This document shows, piece after piece, positions 30,088 through 38,667 of a DNA stretch of 41,847 nucleotides. Each line of letters starts with the position of its first letter. Position 1 is the first letter of the stretch. Position numbers and translations under genes: made by a program. Source of the DNA: Burkholderiales bacterium. GTDB lineage: Bacteria; Pseudomonadota; Gammaproteobacteria; Burkholderiales; SG8-41. The notes below the pieces were generated by a model. It was not told the DNA's origin and made no database searches. It worked only from the letters and a program-made list of their open reading frames with translations. Location: positions 1 through 41,847 of the forward strand of contig JBEBHE010000002.1 of NCBI GenBank assembly GCA_040081205.1, given 5' to 3'.

Positions 30088-30268
30088 TATATTTTTTTAA
30101 TAAACCCGAAGTTAAAAACATTTCTTATTGCGTGCCCTAGTTCAGGATTTTGTAAGCAACTTAAACTAGCATTAAAGCGCTAAAACGGGCGCTCAAGATC
30201 ACCAATATCAATACTTTATCTGGTCTTGGACGTTTGATAAATCAGGTTATTCACTCAAGGAGGGGTCT

Positions 30269-30535
30269 GTGCAACCTAGCGCAAAACACCAGGAATACTG
30301 GCGAAAAAATCTGGTCATTACGGCGATATTGCTTGTGATTTGGTTTGTTGTCACTTTCATTGAAGGGTGGTACGCCCGTGAACTGAACAGCATGACCTTC
30401 CTCGGATTTCCTCTCGGCTTCTACATGTCCGCGCAAGGCTCGCTAGCGATTTACGTGATCATTATTGGTTTCTACGCGATGTTCATGAAGAAACTCGACA
30501 AAGAGTACGGCGTTGACGAAGGAGACCTCGAATGA
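30269..30535 (+). CDS. DUF4212-type small subunit of a sodium:solute symporter
   Basis: The 88-aa two-TM protein has a GTG start preceded by an AAGGAGG SD. Its stop overlaps the ATG of the large SSS subunit (ATGA), the characteristic small/large subunit pairing of the VC_2705-type symporter family. Confidence 0.85.
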   Translation: MQPSAKHQEYWRKNLVITAILLVIWFVVTFIEGWYARELNSMTFLGFPLGFYMSAQGSLAIYVIIIGFYAMFMKKLDKEYGVDEGDLE

Positions 30536-32607
30536 GCCAAGCCACCAGTCACAGCGCATTTAACTCGCAGCTGAAAAAGTATTATACGTTCTACACTGGC
30601 GGATTCATCGCGTTTCTGATTTTCCTGGCCATTGCCGAGCAAATGGGCATGTCCAGGGCGATGATCGGCTACGTTTTTCTTGCCGCGACCATAGGCCTGT
30701 ATGCCGGCATCGGCATCATGAGCCGTACTGCGGAGGTATCGGAGTATTACGTCGCGGGCCGCCGGGTTCCAGCGTTCTTCAACGGCATGGCGACCGGCGC
30801 GGACTGGATGAGCGCGGCATCCTTCATCGGCATGGCGGGCACGCTGTATCTGTCGGGATTTGATGGCTTGGCCTTCGTCATGGGCTGGACCGGCGGCTAC
30901 TGTCTGGTAGCGTTTTTGCTGGCCCCCTATCTGCGCAAATTTGGGCAATTCACTATTCCCGACTTTCTGGGCGCGCGTTATGGCGGCAATATCATCCGCT
31001 CCATCGGCGTGATTGCCGCCATCACCTGTTCGTTTGTTTATGTGGTGGCGCAAATCTACGGCGTGGGCCTCATTACCAGTCGCTTCACGGGGTTGGAGTT
31101 CGGCGTAGGCGTGTATGTCGGCCTCGCAGGCATCCTCGTTTGCTCGATGCTCGGCGGCATGAAAGCCGTCACGTGGACACAGGTGGCACAGTACATCATT
31201 CTGATCATCGCCTATATGACGCCGGTGGTGTGGTTGGGCATCAAGCATACCGGCATCCCCGTGCCGCAAGTCGCTTACGGCCCTGTGCTGCAAAAGGTGG
31301 GCGACCTTGAAAAGAAAATCACCGCTGACCCGAAAGAGATCGAAGTTCGCAATATCTTCAAGGATCGCGCCGCTACCGCCAACGCAGGTTTGAAAGATCC
31401 GGCCAAGGTGTACGGTGAAGGCAAGGCCAAGCTTGAGAAAGCGGTCGCTGACGCCAAGGGCGTGGAGCCTGCGGATACGGCCAAAGTAGCCGCAGCGGAA
31501 AAGGCGCTGGCCGCGTATCCGAAAGACGAAGCAGCGGCAAAGGCACAGTGGAACAAGGACAAAGGCCTCGCTGCGCGTGCCGCGCCGCCAAGACCGCATG
31601 CCGATCCTTATCCGGGCAAGGACGAAGACGCACGCTTCACCGCCAAACTCAATTTTCTTGGCATAGTGTTTTGCATGATGTTCGGTACCGCAGCATTGCC
31701 GCATATCCTGATGCGTTACTACACCACGCCCAGCGTGCAGCAGGCGCGTGTGTCGGTATTCTGGTCACTGTTTTTCATCTTCCTGCTCTATTTCACCGCC
31801 CCTTGCCTCGCCGTGCTGGCGAAGTTCGATGTCTACAGCAACTTGGTGGGCAGTAGTTTTTCGTCGTTACCTGCATGGGCGGCGGCGTGGGCAAAAGTTG
31901 ATCCAACTCTGCTGAGTATTGTTGACATCAACATGGACGGCATAGTGCAACTCGCGGAAATTGTGATTGGCGGCGACTTGATTGTGTTGGCAACGCCCGA
32001 AATCGCCGGCCTGCCTTATGTGGTATCCGGGCTGGTTGCTGCCGGTGGCCTTGCTGCCGCGCTTTCTACTGCAGACGGGCTGCTGCTAACCATCGCCAAC
32101 GCGCTGTCGCACGATCTCTACTACAAGATGATTGACCCGCAAGCCAGTACCAAAACACGCGTGACCATCTCTAAAGTGCTGTTGATCTTTGTTGCGGGCG
32201 TTGCCGCATTCGTCACATCACTCAAACCTGGTGACATTCTGTTCCTGGTGGGCGCGGCGTTCTCGCTGGCGGCTTCGGCATTCTTCCCGCCGCTGGTCAT
32301 GGGCGTATTCTGGAAACGCGCCAACAAGTGGGGTGCTATCGTTGGAATGCTGGCCGGATTAGGCGTGTGCATGTATTACATGATGCGCACCTATCCGTTC
32401 TTCACCAATATGGGCGTACCGAAGATGGATCTCTGGTTTGGCCTTAATCCGATCTCGGCAGGTGTGTTTGGTTTGCCGATTGGCCTGCTGACCATCTTCA
32501 TCGTGAGCCTGCTGACGGCACCGCCCGATGCGGAAACGCAAAAGTTGGTCGAACACGTGCGTTACCCGAATCTGGTTGGCGACACTTACCAATCGCAAGC
32601 GACCTAG
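30532..32607 (+). CDS. Sodium:solute symporter large subunit (SSS family, VC_2705-like; probable monocarboxylate/acetate-type transporter)
   Basis: The 691-aa multi-TM protein has SSS hallmarks (YYVAGRRVPAFFNGMATGADWMSAASFIG, TIPDFLGARYG). It contains a ~119-aa hydrophilic Ala/Lys/Glu-rich insertion. The substrate is not determinable from sequence. Confidence 0.9.
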   Translation: MSQATSHSAFNSQLKKYYTFYTGGFIAFLIFLAIAEQMGMSRAMIGYVFLAATIGLYAGIGIMSRTAEVSEYYVAGRRVPAFFNGMATGADWMSAASFIGMAGTLYLSGFDGLAFVMGWTGGYCLVAFLLAPYLRKFGQFTIPDFLGARYGGNIIRSIGVIAAITCSFVYVVAQIYGVGLITSRFTGLEFGVGVYVGLAGILVCSMLGGMKAVTWTQVAQYIILIIAYMTPVVWLGIKHTGIPVPQVAYGPVLQKVGDLEKKITADPKEIEVRNIFKDRAATANAGLKDPAKVYGEGKAKLEKAVADAKGVEPADTAKVAAAEKALAAYPKDEAAAKAQWNKDKGLAARAAPPRPHADPYPGKDEDARFTAKLNFLGIVFCMMFGTAALPHILMRYYTTPSVQQARVSVFWSLFFIFLLYFTAPCLAVLAKFDVYSNLVGSSFSSLPAWAAAWAKVDPTLLSIVDINMDGIVQLAEIVIGGDLIVLATPEIAGLPYVVSGLVAAGGLAAALSTADGLLLTIANALSHDLYYKMIDPQASTKTRVTISKVLLIFVAGVAAFVTSLKPGDILFLVGAAFSLAASAFFPPLVMGVFWKRANKWGAIVGMLAGLGVCMYYMMRTYPFFTNMGVPKMDLWFGLNPISAGVFGLPIGLLTIFIVSLLTAPPDAETQKLVEHVRYPNLVGDTYQSQAT

Positions 32608-32628
32608 CACCTTGTGCGCGTAACTGAC

Positions 32629-32656
32629 AAAGCCCGCTTCGGCGGGCTTTGTTTTT
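32629..32656 (+). terminator. Rho-independent terminator of the symporter operon
   Basis: AAAGCCCGC-TTCG-GCGGGCTTT is a perfect 9-bp stem with a tetraloop, followed by GTTTTT. It lies 21 nt after the stop codon. Confidence 0.85.
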
Positions 32657-32672
32657 AGATTAGAATCAGCCC

Positions 32673-33236
32673 ATGAGTTTTCAATCCTGGTGGCACTTTC
32701 GACGCGCAAATTTTTTTCTGCTTGTCAACAAGCAGGCGCGTGCAATAGCTGCACTGGAGGATGTGCTCGCAGCGGAGCCCTCCAACACGCAGGCAGCCAG
32801 TTCGCTGGGATTTCTGCACGGCGAAAACAACAACCACGAACTCGCAATCGAAAGATTTCAATCGGTGTTGCGGCAATCCCCGAATGATGCCAATACGCAT
32901 TTCAATCTGGCTTACATCTACCAAAAACAGAACCGCCACGACGACGCTATTGCGATGCTCGAATCGGCTCTAAAAATAAACTCTGCGCTTGATCGAGCAT
33001 GGTTTGGTCTGGGCATGTCACAGGCTGCGCTCAATCGCCGCGATGAGGCCATCGCTTCATTCGAGCGTGCCGCGAAATTGCAGCCCATGAATCCGCATGC
33101 TTTGTATGAATTGGGAATACAGCATCACGAGCTCGGCCACGTGGACAAAGTCGCTGACGTTATCGAGCGCCTTAAGCAATTTGATCCCAAGGCGACGGCA
33201 CAACTGATTGCCGCGACACAAACCTCAGTCGTTTAA
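32673..33236 (+). CDS. Tetratricopeptide-repeat (TPR) protein
   Basis: The 187-aa protein has four or more 34-aa TPR-like units (e.g. ANTHFNLAYIYQKQNRHDDAIAMLESALKINS, DRAWFGLGMSQAALNRRDEAIASFERAAKLQP). No SD is visible upstream. Confidence 0.7.
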   Translation: MSFQSWWHFRRANFFLLVNKQARAIAALEDVLAAEPSNTQAASSLGFLHGENNNHELAIERFQSVLRQSPNDANTHFNLAYIYQKQNRHDDAIAMLESALKINSALDRAWFGLGMSQAALNRRDEAIASFERAAKLQPMNPHALYELGIQHHELGHVDKVADVIERLKQFDPKATAQLIAATQTSVV

Positions 33237-33254
33237 TCCCGAACCCCAGCCGAC

Positions 33255-33545
33255 ATGTACCAACTGGTTGTAATACTCAAAGCCATCAATGAAATCGCTC
33301 TGCTGGCACTGCTGGGCCAAGGCATACTTTTTTTGTTTGCCGGCGCCAAGCGCGATAGCAATCCGATCTATTTCATCTTCAAAACTATTACGTCGCCCAT
33401 GATGAGGTTGGCTCGATTGATAACGCCGCGCATCATCATTGATCAGCACATTGGCTTTGTCGCACTTTTCCTGCTCCTGGCGGCTGAAGCGCTACTTATC
33501 GCGGCAAAAATCTATCTATACCTTGAAGCCAGCGGTACCCGCTGA
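33255..33545 (+). CDS. Hypothetical small membrane protein
   Basis: The 96-aa ORF has two or three hydrophobic segments, and I recognise no family. It is called only from ORF length, hydrophobic periodicity and its position 18 nt after the TPR gene. Confidence 0.4.
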   Translation: MYQLVVILKAINEIALLALLGQGILFLFAGAKRDSNPIYFIFKTITSPMMRLARLITPRIIIDQHIGFVALFLLLAAEALLIAAKIYLYLEASGTR

Positions 33546-33567
33546 TTTTCCACAAAAAATCCGCGGG

Positions 33568-33596
33568 TTGCCTGCAAGCTCACTCTGCATTATGCT
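33568..33596 (+). promoter_or_regulatory. Candidate sigma70 promoter for tRNA-Ser
   Basis: It has -35 TTGCCT (33568-33573), a 17-nt spacer and -10 TATGCT (33591-33596). A GC-rich discriminator (TCGGCCCTCCC) runs into the tRNA 5' end at 33608. Confidence 0.45.
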
Positions 33597-33607
33597 TCGG
33601 CCCTCCC

Positions 33608-33699
33608 GGAGAGATGGATGAGTGGTTTAAGTCGCACGCCTGGAAAGCGTGTGTACGGTGAAAGCCGTACCGTGGGTTCGAATCCCACTCTCTCCGCCA
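33608..33699 (+). tRNA. tRNA-Ser (anticodon GGA), with encoded CCA
   Basis: The acceptor stem pairs GGAGAGA with TCTCTCC. The anticodon arm is CACGC-CUGGAAA-GCGUG, the long variable arm is GUACGGUGAAAGCCGUAC and the T-arm is GTGGG-TTCGAAT-CCCAC. It closely parallels E. coli tRNA-Ser(GGA). Confidence 0.95.
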
Positions 33700-33708
33700 T
33701 CAATAAAT

Positions 33709-33729
33709 GCCCCTTCATGGGGCGTTTTT
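33709..33729 (+). terminator. Rho-independent terminator after tRNA-Ser
   Basis: The GCCCC-TTCA-TGGGGC hairpin is followed by GTTTTTG, 10 nt after the tRNA 3' end. Confidence 0.7.
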
Positions 33730-33874
33730 GTTGATGGCACAGCGACTGTAGGTGAAAGCCCACTGGCTTGACCATCGGACACTACTCGCAAGGATGCGCT
33801 TTCGCGAAGTCCCGAAGGAATGGCGAGATCGCCTTAAAAAGAGGCCGATACAATCGCGCCCTCACCTTCCCATC

Positions 33875-34771
33875 TCACGCGACGCGCGTAACCCCTGCCT
33901 GCTCGCAGGTATTACCAATATCGCTCACCGTCACCCGCCGCATATCGCGCACATAACGAAGGTCGTCGTAATCCGTCCCACGATGCATGGTGCAGCGGTT
34001 GTCCCACATCACCAGTTCGTTAGGACGCCAACGATGCGTATAGACGAACTGGCGCCGCGTCACATGTTCGAGCAAACGGTCGATCAGTGCGCGGCCTTCC
34101 GTGTCGGGCATACCGAATATGCGCCCTGCGTGTGAGGCCACGTATAGCGACTTCCGGTGGTTTTGAGGTATTGTGCGCACCAGCATCTGCGGCACCGGCG
34201 GCAGTCGCCGACGTTCGTCTTCGTTGAAATCGCTGAATCCGCTGCGTTGTCTTGACGTGGCTATCCAATGCTCCACGATCAATCCTTCGAATTCTTTCTT
34301 TTCTTTTTCGGACAGCGCATCGTAGGCTGCGCGCTGGTCGGCAAATTCCGTGTGTCCACCGATGGGAACCGTGGTGCGCGCATGCAGAAACGACGCGAGC
34401 GCCGGCAGATATTTGAATGAGCTATCGGTATGCCAGAGTTTGTTGCCTGCTTTGTACATGCGCTGACGACTATCGGCCGCCCAAATCTTGCCATCGGCAG
34501 TCAGATTGGAAATATCCGAGAACGCACCGTCAAAGCGGCTGGGCGTGGCTTTGGGGTCGAGTGTGCGTTCTTTTTCCACCGCGCCGAACCGTTCCGCAAA
34601 TGCGAGTTGCTGTGCCTGCGTAATATCCTGTTCTGGGAATATCAAGACCGAATATTTCCAGAACGCGTTGGCGATGGCGGCAAAATCCGCGTCGGGAATC
34701 GCTCGAGTTAAATCGACATCAAAAACTTCCACTGCGAAATCCGGCGTGATGGCGGAAAGCGTAATTGTCAT
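33875..34771 (-). CDS. TauD/TfdA-family Fe(II)/2-oxoglutarate-dependent dioxygenase
   Basis: The 298-aa protein has the HxD iron motif in WHTDSSF and a distal His in TMHRGT. Overall it resembles TfdA-like enzymes; the substrate is unknown. Confidence 0.88.
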   Translation of the reverse strand: MTITLSAITPDFAVEVFDVDLTRAIPDADFAAIANAFWKYSVLIFPEQDITQAQQLAFAERFGAVEKERTLDPKATPSRFDGAFSDISNLTADGKIWAADSRQRMYKAGNKLWHTDSSFKYLPALASFLHARTTVPIGGHTEFADQRAAYDALSEKEKKEFEGLIVEHWIATSRQRSGFSDFNEDERRRLPPVPQMLVRTIPQNHRKSLYVASHAGRIFGMPDTEGRALIDRLLEHVTRRQFVYTHRWRPNELVMWDNRCTMHRGTDYDDLRYVRDMRRVTVSDIGNTCEQAGVTRVA

Positions 34772-34798
34772 CGTATATTTAATGAATCAACAATTATT

Positions 34799-34817
34799 CA
34801 ATAAAAACATATACTTA
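34799..34817. repeat. AT-rich 19-mer motif, copy C (CAATAAAAACATATACTTA)
   Basis: It lies in the mscS-tauD-like intergenic region, 27 nt upstream of the dioxygenase start. Confidence 0.6.
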
Positions 34818-34833
34818 GAAAATACCCTCTCAG

Positions 34834-35646
34834 TTATGCAGGGCGTTGCAGCATCACCTGATGCGGTGCGGGCACCGGCCACACGTTGCTCGCGCCGATT
34901 TCCTGAATCGCCTTGTTAGCGTCGAAGAATACCTGCCAGTAGTTGCTGTTGTGGCAATAGGGCCTTACGCCCAGCAATGTTCCGGCCGGATTAAATTCGA
35001 GGATTTCCACATCCGGCGCCGGTGTCGTCATTACATTCGGAATCTGCGTGAGCCGTGCTTTTAACTTCGCCATCGCATCACGCGGATCGACCGTGTGCGC
35101 GAGCTGGCACTTCAAATCCACACGGCGATACGAATTGTGCGTGTAGTTCACCACATTGTCGGAGAAAATTTTTCCATTACCGACATACACGCGAAGATTG
35201 TCCACGGTTTTCAGCGTGGTGACGAACAGGCCAACCTCCTCCACATCGCCGGTCACACCACCCGCGGTAATCATATCGCCAACCTTGAACGGCCGCAGCA
35301 CCATCAAAAACGCGCCGGCAGCAAAGTTTGAAAGCAACCCGGCCCATGCCGCGCCGATGGCCAGTCCTGCCGCCGCGAGCAACGCTGCGAAACTGGTGGT
35401 TTCAATACCGAAGATCGACAAAATCGCAATCACCAGCACGATGCGCAGCAAAACGCGTATCGACGAGTCCGCGTACTTGATAAGCGTCGGATCAACTTTG
35501 TGCGAGGCCATGCTGTTCGTCGACAATTTGATGATTAAATTGATGACGAAGCCACCGATAATCCACAACAACACCGCGCCAAGCACTTTAGTGCCGGCAT
35601 TGAGCGCATAGGCTGTCAGCGCCTGGGAATTCATCCATTCGGGCAT
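34834..35646 (-). CDS. Small-conductance mechanosensitive channel (MscS family)
   Basis: The 270-aa protein has three N-terminal TM helices including the pore helix (AAGLAIGAAWAGLLSNFAAGAFLMVLRPFKVGD), followed by the beta domain. An AAGGAG SD is present. Confidence 0.9.
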   Translation of the reverse strand: MPEWMNSQALTAYALNAGTKVLGAVLLWIIGGFVINLIIKLSTNSMASHKVDPTLIKYADSSIRVLLRIVLVIAILSIFGIETTSFAALLAAAGLAIGAAWAGLLSNFAAGAFLMVLRPFKVGDMITAGGVTGDVEEVGLFVTTLKTVDNLRVYVGNGKIFSDNVVNYTHNSYRRVDLKCQLAHTVDPRDAMAKLKARLTQIPNVMTTPAPDVEILEFNPAGTLLGVRPYCHNSNYWQVFFDANKAIQEIGASNVWPVPAPHQVMLQRPA

Positions 35647-35711
35647 GGTAATCTCCTTGGGTGATTTACCGCATTAGAGTGAAGCGGTTGAAATGAATAG
35701 TCTCACCAGCG

Positions 35712-37610
35712 TTATTTTATAGCGAGTGCACTCTTGATCTGATCCAGCGCAGCAGGGTCTTCAATCGTCGTGAGATCTCCCGGATCGCGTCCTTCGGCCA
35801 GCGCCTGTATGGAGCGCCGCAGCAATTTCCCGGAGCGCGTCTTGGGCAGCAGTGTCACGAAATGCACGCGCGACGGCCTGCCAATCGCGCCGAGTTGTTT
35901 GTCCACTGCCTCCATCACCTCCTTTTCCTGCACGGCTTTGAGTTCAGGGGTAGCGATTTTTGCGCCGTCTTTCAATACGACAAACGCAAGCGGCATCTGC
36001 CCCTTGATGGAATCGACTACGCCGACCACGGCAACCTCGGCCACATTAGCGTGAGACTGCACGGCTTCTTCGATCTCCCGTGTGCCCAGGCGATGGCCGG
36101 CGACGTTGATCACATCATCCGTACGGCCGAGTATGTAGTGATAGCCGTCCTTGTCGCGGATGCCCCAATCGAACGTGGAATAAACCTGCTTGCTGCGGAA
36201 GCTGGTGAAATAGGTATTCACAAACCGTTCGTCGTCGCCCCACACGGTCGTCATACAACCCGGTGGCAATGGCGGAACGATGCCGACCACACCCTTTTCA
36301 TCCGCATCAGCCTCACTGGCATCCGATTCGCGCAGAATTTGCAGATCGTAGCCGTATACCGGAAAGCTCGGCGTGCCGAGTTTGATCGACGTTTTCTCGA
36401 CACCATGCATCGCCGACAAAATGGGCCAGCCGGTTTCGGTTTGCCAATAGTGATCGATCACCGGTTTTTTTAACGCGTCTGCAATCCAGCGATGCGTCGG
36501 TTCATCCAGCGGTTCGCCCGCGAGAAACAGATGGCGCAACGACGACAGATCGTATTTTGTGAGGTACAGCGGATCCTGTTTTTTCAACACGCGCGCAGCG
36601 GTCGGTGACGAAAACATCACTGAAACCTTGTGGTCGGCGACAATTTTCCACCAGATGCCCGCATCGGGGCGTATCGGCAGCCCTTCATACAATATCGTTG
36701 TCATGCCTGTGATCAGCGGCGCATACACAATGTATGAATGCCCGACAACCCAACCAATGTCCGAAGTTGTGAACATGGTTTCGCCCGCGTTGCCGCAATA
36801 AATGTGCTTCATCGACGCGGCCAGAGCGACTGCGTAGCCGCCGGTGTCGCGCTGCACGCCTTTGGGGCGACCGGTCGTCCCTGATGTATACAGAATGTAG
36901 GAAGGGTCGCTCGACTCCAGCCAGGTCACCGGCGTATTCACATTGGCGTGCGCCTTGCGCAGCGTCGCGTAATCCAGATCGCGTCCGGCAACAGGTTTAA
37001 AATCCTTGTCGATACCTCGATTGACGACGATCACATTGCGCGGCGGATGCTTGGCGAGCCTCATCGCTTCGTCTACCAAAGGCTTGTACGGAATTGCACG
37101 TCCACCTCGCATGCCTGCATCGGCGGTAATCATCAGCGCCGGCTTGGCGTCGTCGATGCGCGTGGCGAGGCTTGCCGCTGCAAATCCGCCGAACACCACC
37201 GAGTGAATGGCGCCGACACGTGCGCATGCCAGCATTGCGAACACTGCCTCGGGGATCATCGGCATGTAGATCAACACACGATCGCCCTTGCCCACGCCTA
37301 ACGTGATTAGCATGGCTGCCGCGCGATTGACCTCTTTGTAGAGTTCGCGATAGGTGTAGGTTTTTTCCTGCCCGGTTTCGGTCGAAATATAGATCAGCGC
37401 TTTCTGATCACCGCGCGCAGTGAGATGCCGGTCTATCGCGTTGTGACACAGATTGGTTTCGCCGCCCACAAACCACTTGGCGAACGGTGGGCGTGAAAAA
37501 TCGCAGACCTGGGAAAACGGCTTGTGCCAGTCAATCAGCGCCGACTGCTCGGCCCAGAATCCATCACGCTCCTGGAGCGAGCGTTTGTGAAATTCCTGAT
37601 AGGCGCCCAT
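35712..37610 (-). CDS. prpE: Propionate--CoA ligase (acyl-CoA synthetase, PrpE-like)
   Basis: The 632-aa protein has the PrpE-type N-terminus YQEFHKRSLQERDGFWAEQ, the AMP motif YTSGTTGRPKG, YWQTETGWP and C-terminal PKTRSGKLLRR. It is distinct from the acs copy at 21062. Confidence 0.85.
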   Translation of the reverse strand: MGAYQEFHKRSLQERDGFWAEQSALIDWHKPFSQVCDFSRPPFAKWFVGGETNLCHNAIDRHLTARGDQKALIYISTETGQEKTYTYRELYKEVNRAAAMLITLGVGKGDRVLIYMPMIPEAVFAMLACARVGAIHSVVFGGFAAASLATRIDDAKPALMITADAGMRGGRAIPYKPLVDEAMRLAKHPPRNVIVVNRGIDKDFKPVAGRDLDYATLRKAHANVNTPVTWLESSDPSYILYTSGTTGRPKGVQRDTGGYAVALAASMKHIYCGNAGETMFTTSDIGWVVGHSYIVYAPLITGMTTILYEGLPIRPDAGIWWKIVADHKVSVMFSSPTAARVLKKQDPLYLTKYDLSSLRHLFLAGEPLDEPTHRWIADALKKPVIDHYWQTETGWPILSAMHGVEKTSIKLGTPSFPVYGYDLQILRESDASEADADEKGVVGIVPPLPPGCMTTVWGDDERFVNTYFTSFRSKQVYSTFDWGIRDKDGYHYILGRTDDVINVAGHRLGTREIEEAVQSHANVAEVAVVGVVDSIKGQMPLAFVVLKDGAKIATPELKAVQEKEVMEAVDKQLGAIGRPSRVHFVTLLPKTRSGKLLRRSIQALAEGRDPGDLTTIEDPAALDQIKSALAIK

Positions 37611-37660
37611 GAATCTGTCCTCCCATTAGTGAGTATTCGGGCATTATCAAACGATAGTGC

Positions 37661-38659
37661 TTACGAAAGTCTGACCACCGCCCTGCCGCGCATGCCGCCC
37701 TTCAGTATCTGCTCAAAGGTTGCGCCGAGGTCATCAAGTGTTATGGTCTTTGCGATATCAGCCAGGTGCCTCGGCTTGAGATCGCTCGCCAGCCGCTGCC
37801 ATACTTTACGCCGCAGCGGCATGGGCGTCGCCGCGGAATCCACGCCGATCAAGCGCACGCCGCGCAGAATGAACGGCAACACATTGGTTTTAAGCTCTAT
37901 GCCTCCGGCATTACCGAAGCTCGCGATCAAACCATTTTGATTCATCGTGCGTGTCAGCCACGACAATTGATCGCCGCCCACCGAATCAAATGCCGCCGCC
38001 CACTGCGATTTCTCCAATGGCCGCGTGCCCATGTCCATAGCCCCGCGCGCGAGTATCTCCTGTGCGCCGAGCTTGCGTAGAAACGCGTGTTCGTTGTCTT
38101 TGCCAGTGACTGCGGTTACGGCATAACCTTTGCCCGCCAGCATATCGATGGCAAGACTTGCCACGCCACCCGTCGCACCGTTTACCAGCACTTTGCCCTT
38201 ATCACCTTCCACTGGCGCCAATCCGTTGATTTCCAGCAACTCAATTGCCAATCCAGCGGTGTAGCCGGCAGTGCCCAGTGTCATTGCTTCGAACAGTGAC
38301 AGCCCGTGCGGCAACGGTACCACCCAATTCGCGGGAACACGGCACACTTGCGCAAAGCCGCCGTCATGCGCGACGCCAAAATCATAGCTGGTGCATATCA
38401 CTTCGTCACCCGCTTTGAATCTCGCGTCGGTTGATGACACCACCACGCCTGCCGCGTCGATGCCGCCCACCAATGGATATTTTCGTATCACTTTGCCGCC
38501 TACGCCGGTGGCGGCCAGCGCGTCTTTGTAATTGACGCCCGAATACGCATTCTTGAATACCACTTCACCGGGCATCAAATCGCCCACTGTCAGATCGGTG
38601 ATTCGGCCGTGTATTTTGTTGTCGTCGTTGAACACCCGGTAAGCCTTGAAATTTTCCAT
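37661..38659 (-). CDS. acuI: YhdH/AcuI-family NADPH-dependent acrylyl-CoA reductase (MDR superfamily)
   Basis: The 332-aa protein has the N-terminus GEVVFKNAYSGVNYKDALA and the nucleotide motif VNGATGGVAS, both typical of the YhdH subfamily. It is adjacent to prpE. Confidence 0.82.
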   Translation of the reverse strand: MENFKAYRVFNDDNKIHGRITDLTVGDLMPGEVVFKNAYSGVNYKDALAATGVGGKVIRKYPLVGGIDAAGVVVSSTDARFKAGDEVICTSYDFGVAHDGGFAQVCRVPANWVVPLPHGLSLFEAMTLGTAGYTAGLAIELLEINGLAPVEGDKGKVLVNGATGGVASLAIDMLAGKGYAVTAVTGKDNEHAFLRKLGAQEILARGAMDMGTRPLEKSQWAAAFDSVGGDQLSWLTRTMNQNGLIASFGNAGGIELKTNVLPFILRGVRLIGVDSAATPMPLRRKVWQRLASDLKPRHLADIAKTITLDDLGATFEQILKGGMRGRAVVRLS

Positions 38660-38667
38660 ACGGTTTC

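Noticed and set aside
30210-30240. A sigma54 (-24/-12) promoter upstream of the symporter small subunit (CTGGTCTTGGACGTTTGAT)
   Set aside because: The GG-N10-GC spacing is not satisfied in any register. The locus regulator is OmpR-type, without an AAA+ sigma54-activator domain.
30472-31704. A 410-aa ORF antisense to the symporter genes
   Set aside because: It lies entirely within and opposite a well-supported SSS transporter gene. Its translation is Arg/Gly/His/Ala-rich with no recognisable motifs, which is typical of spurious antisense frames in GC-rich coding DNA.
33700-33875. A genomic-island insertion at the 3' end of tRNA-Ser
   Set aside because: There is no integrase, no direct repeat of the tRNA 3' end within the window and no mobility genes. 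The downstream genes (dioxygenase, MscS, prpE, acuI) run into a core sucB-lpdA operon.
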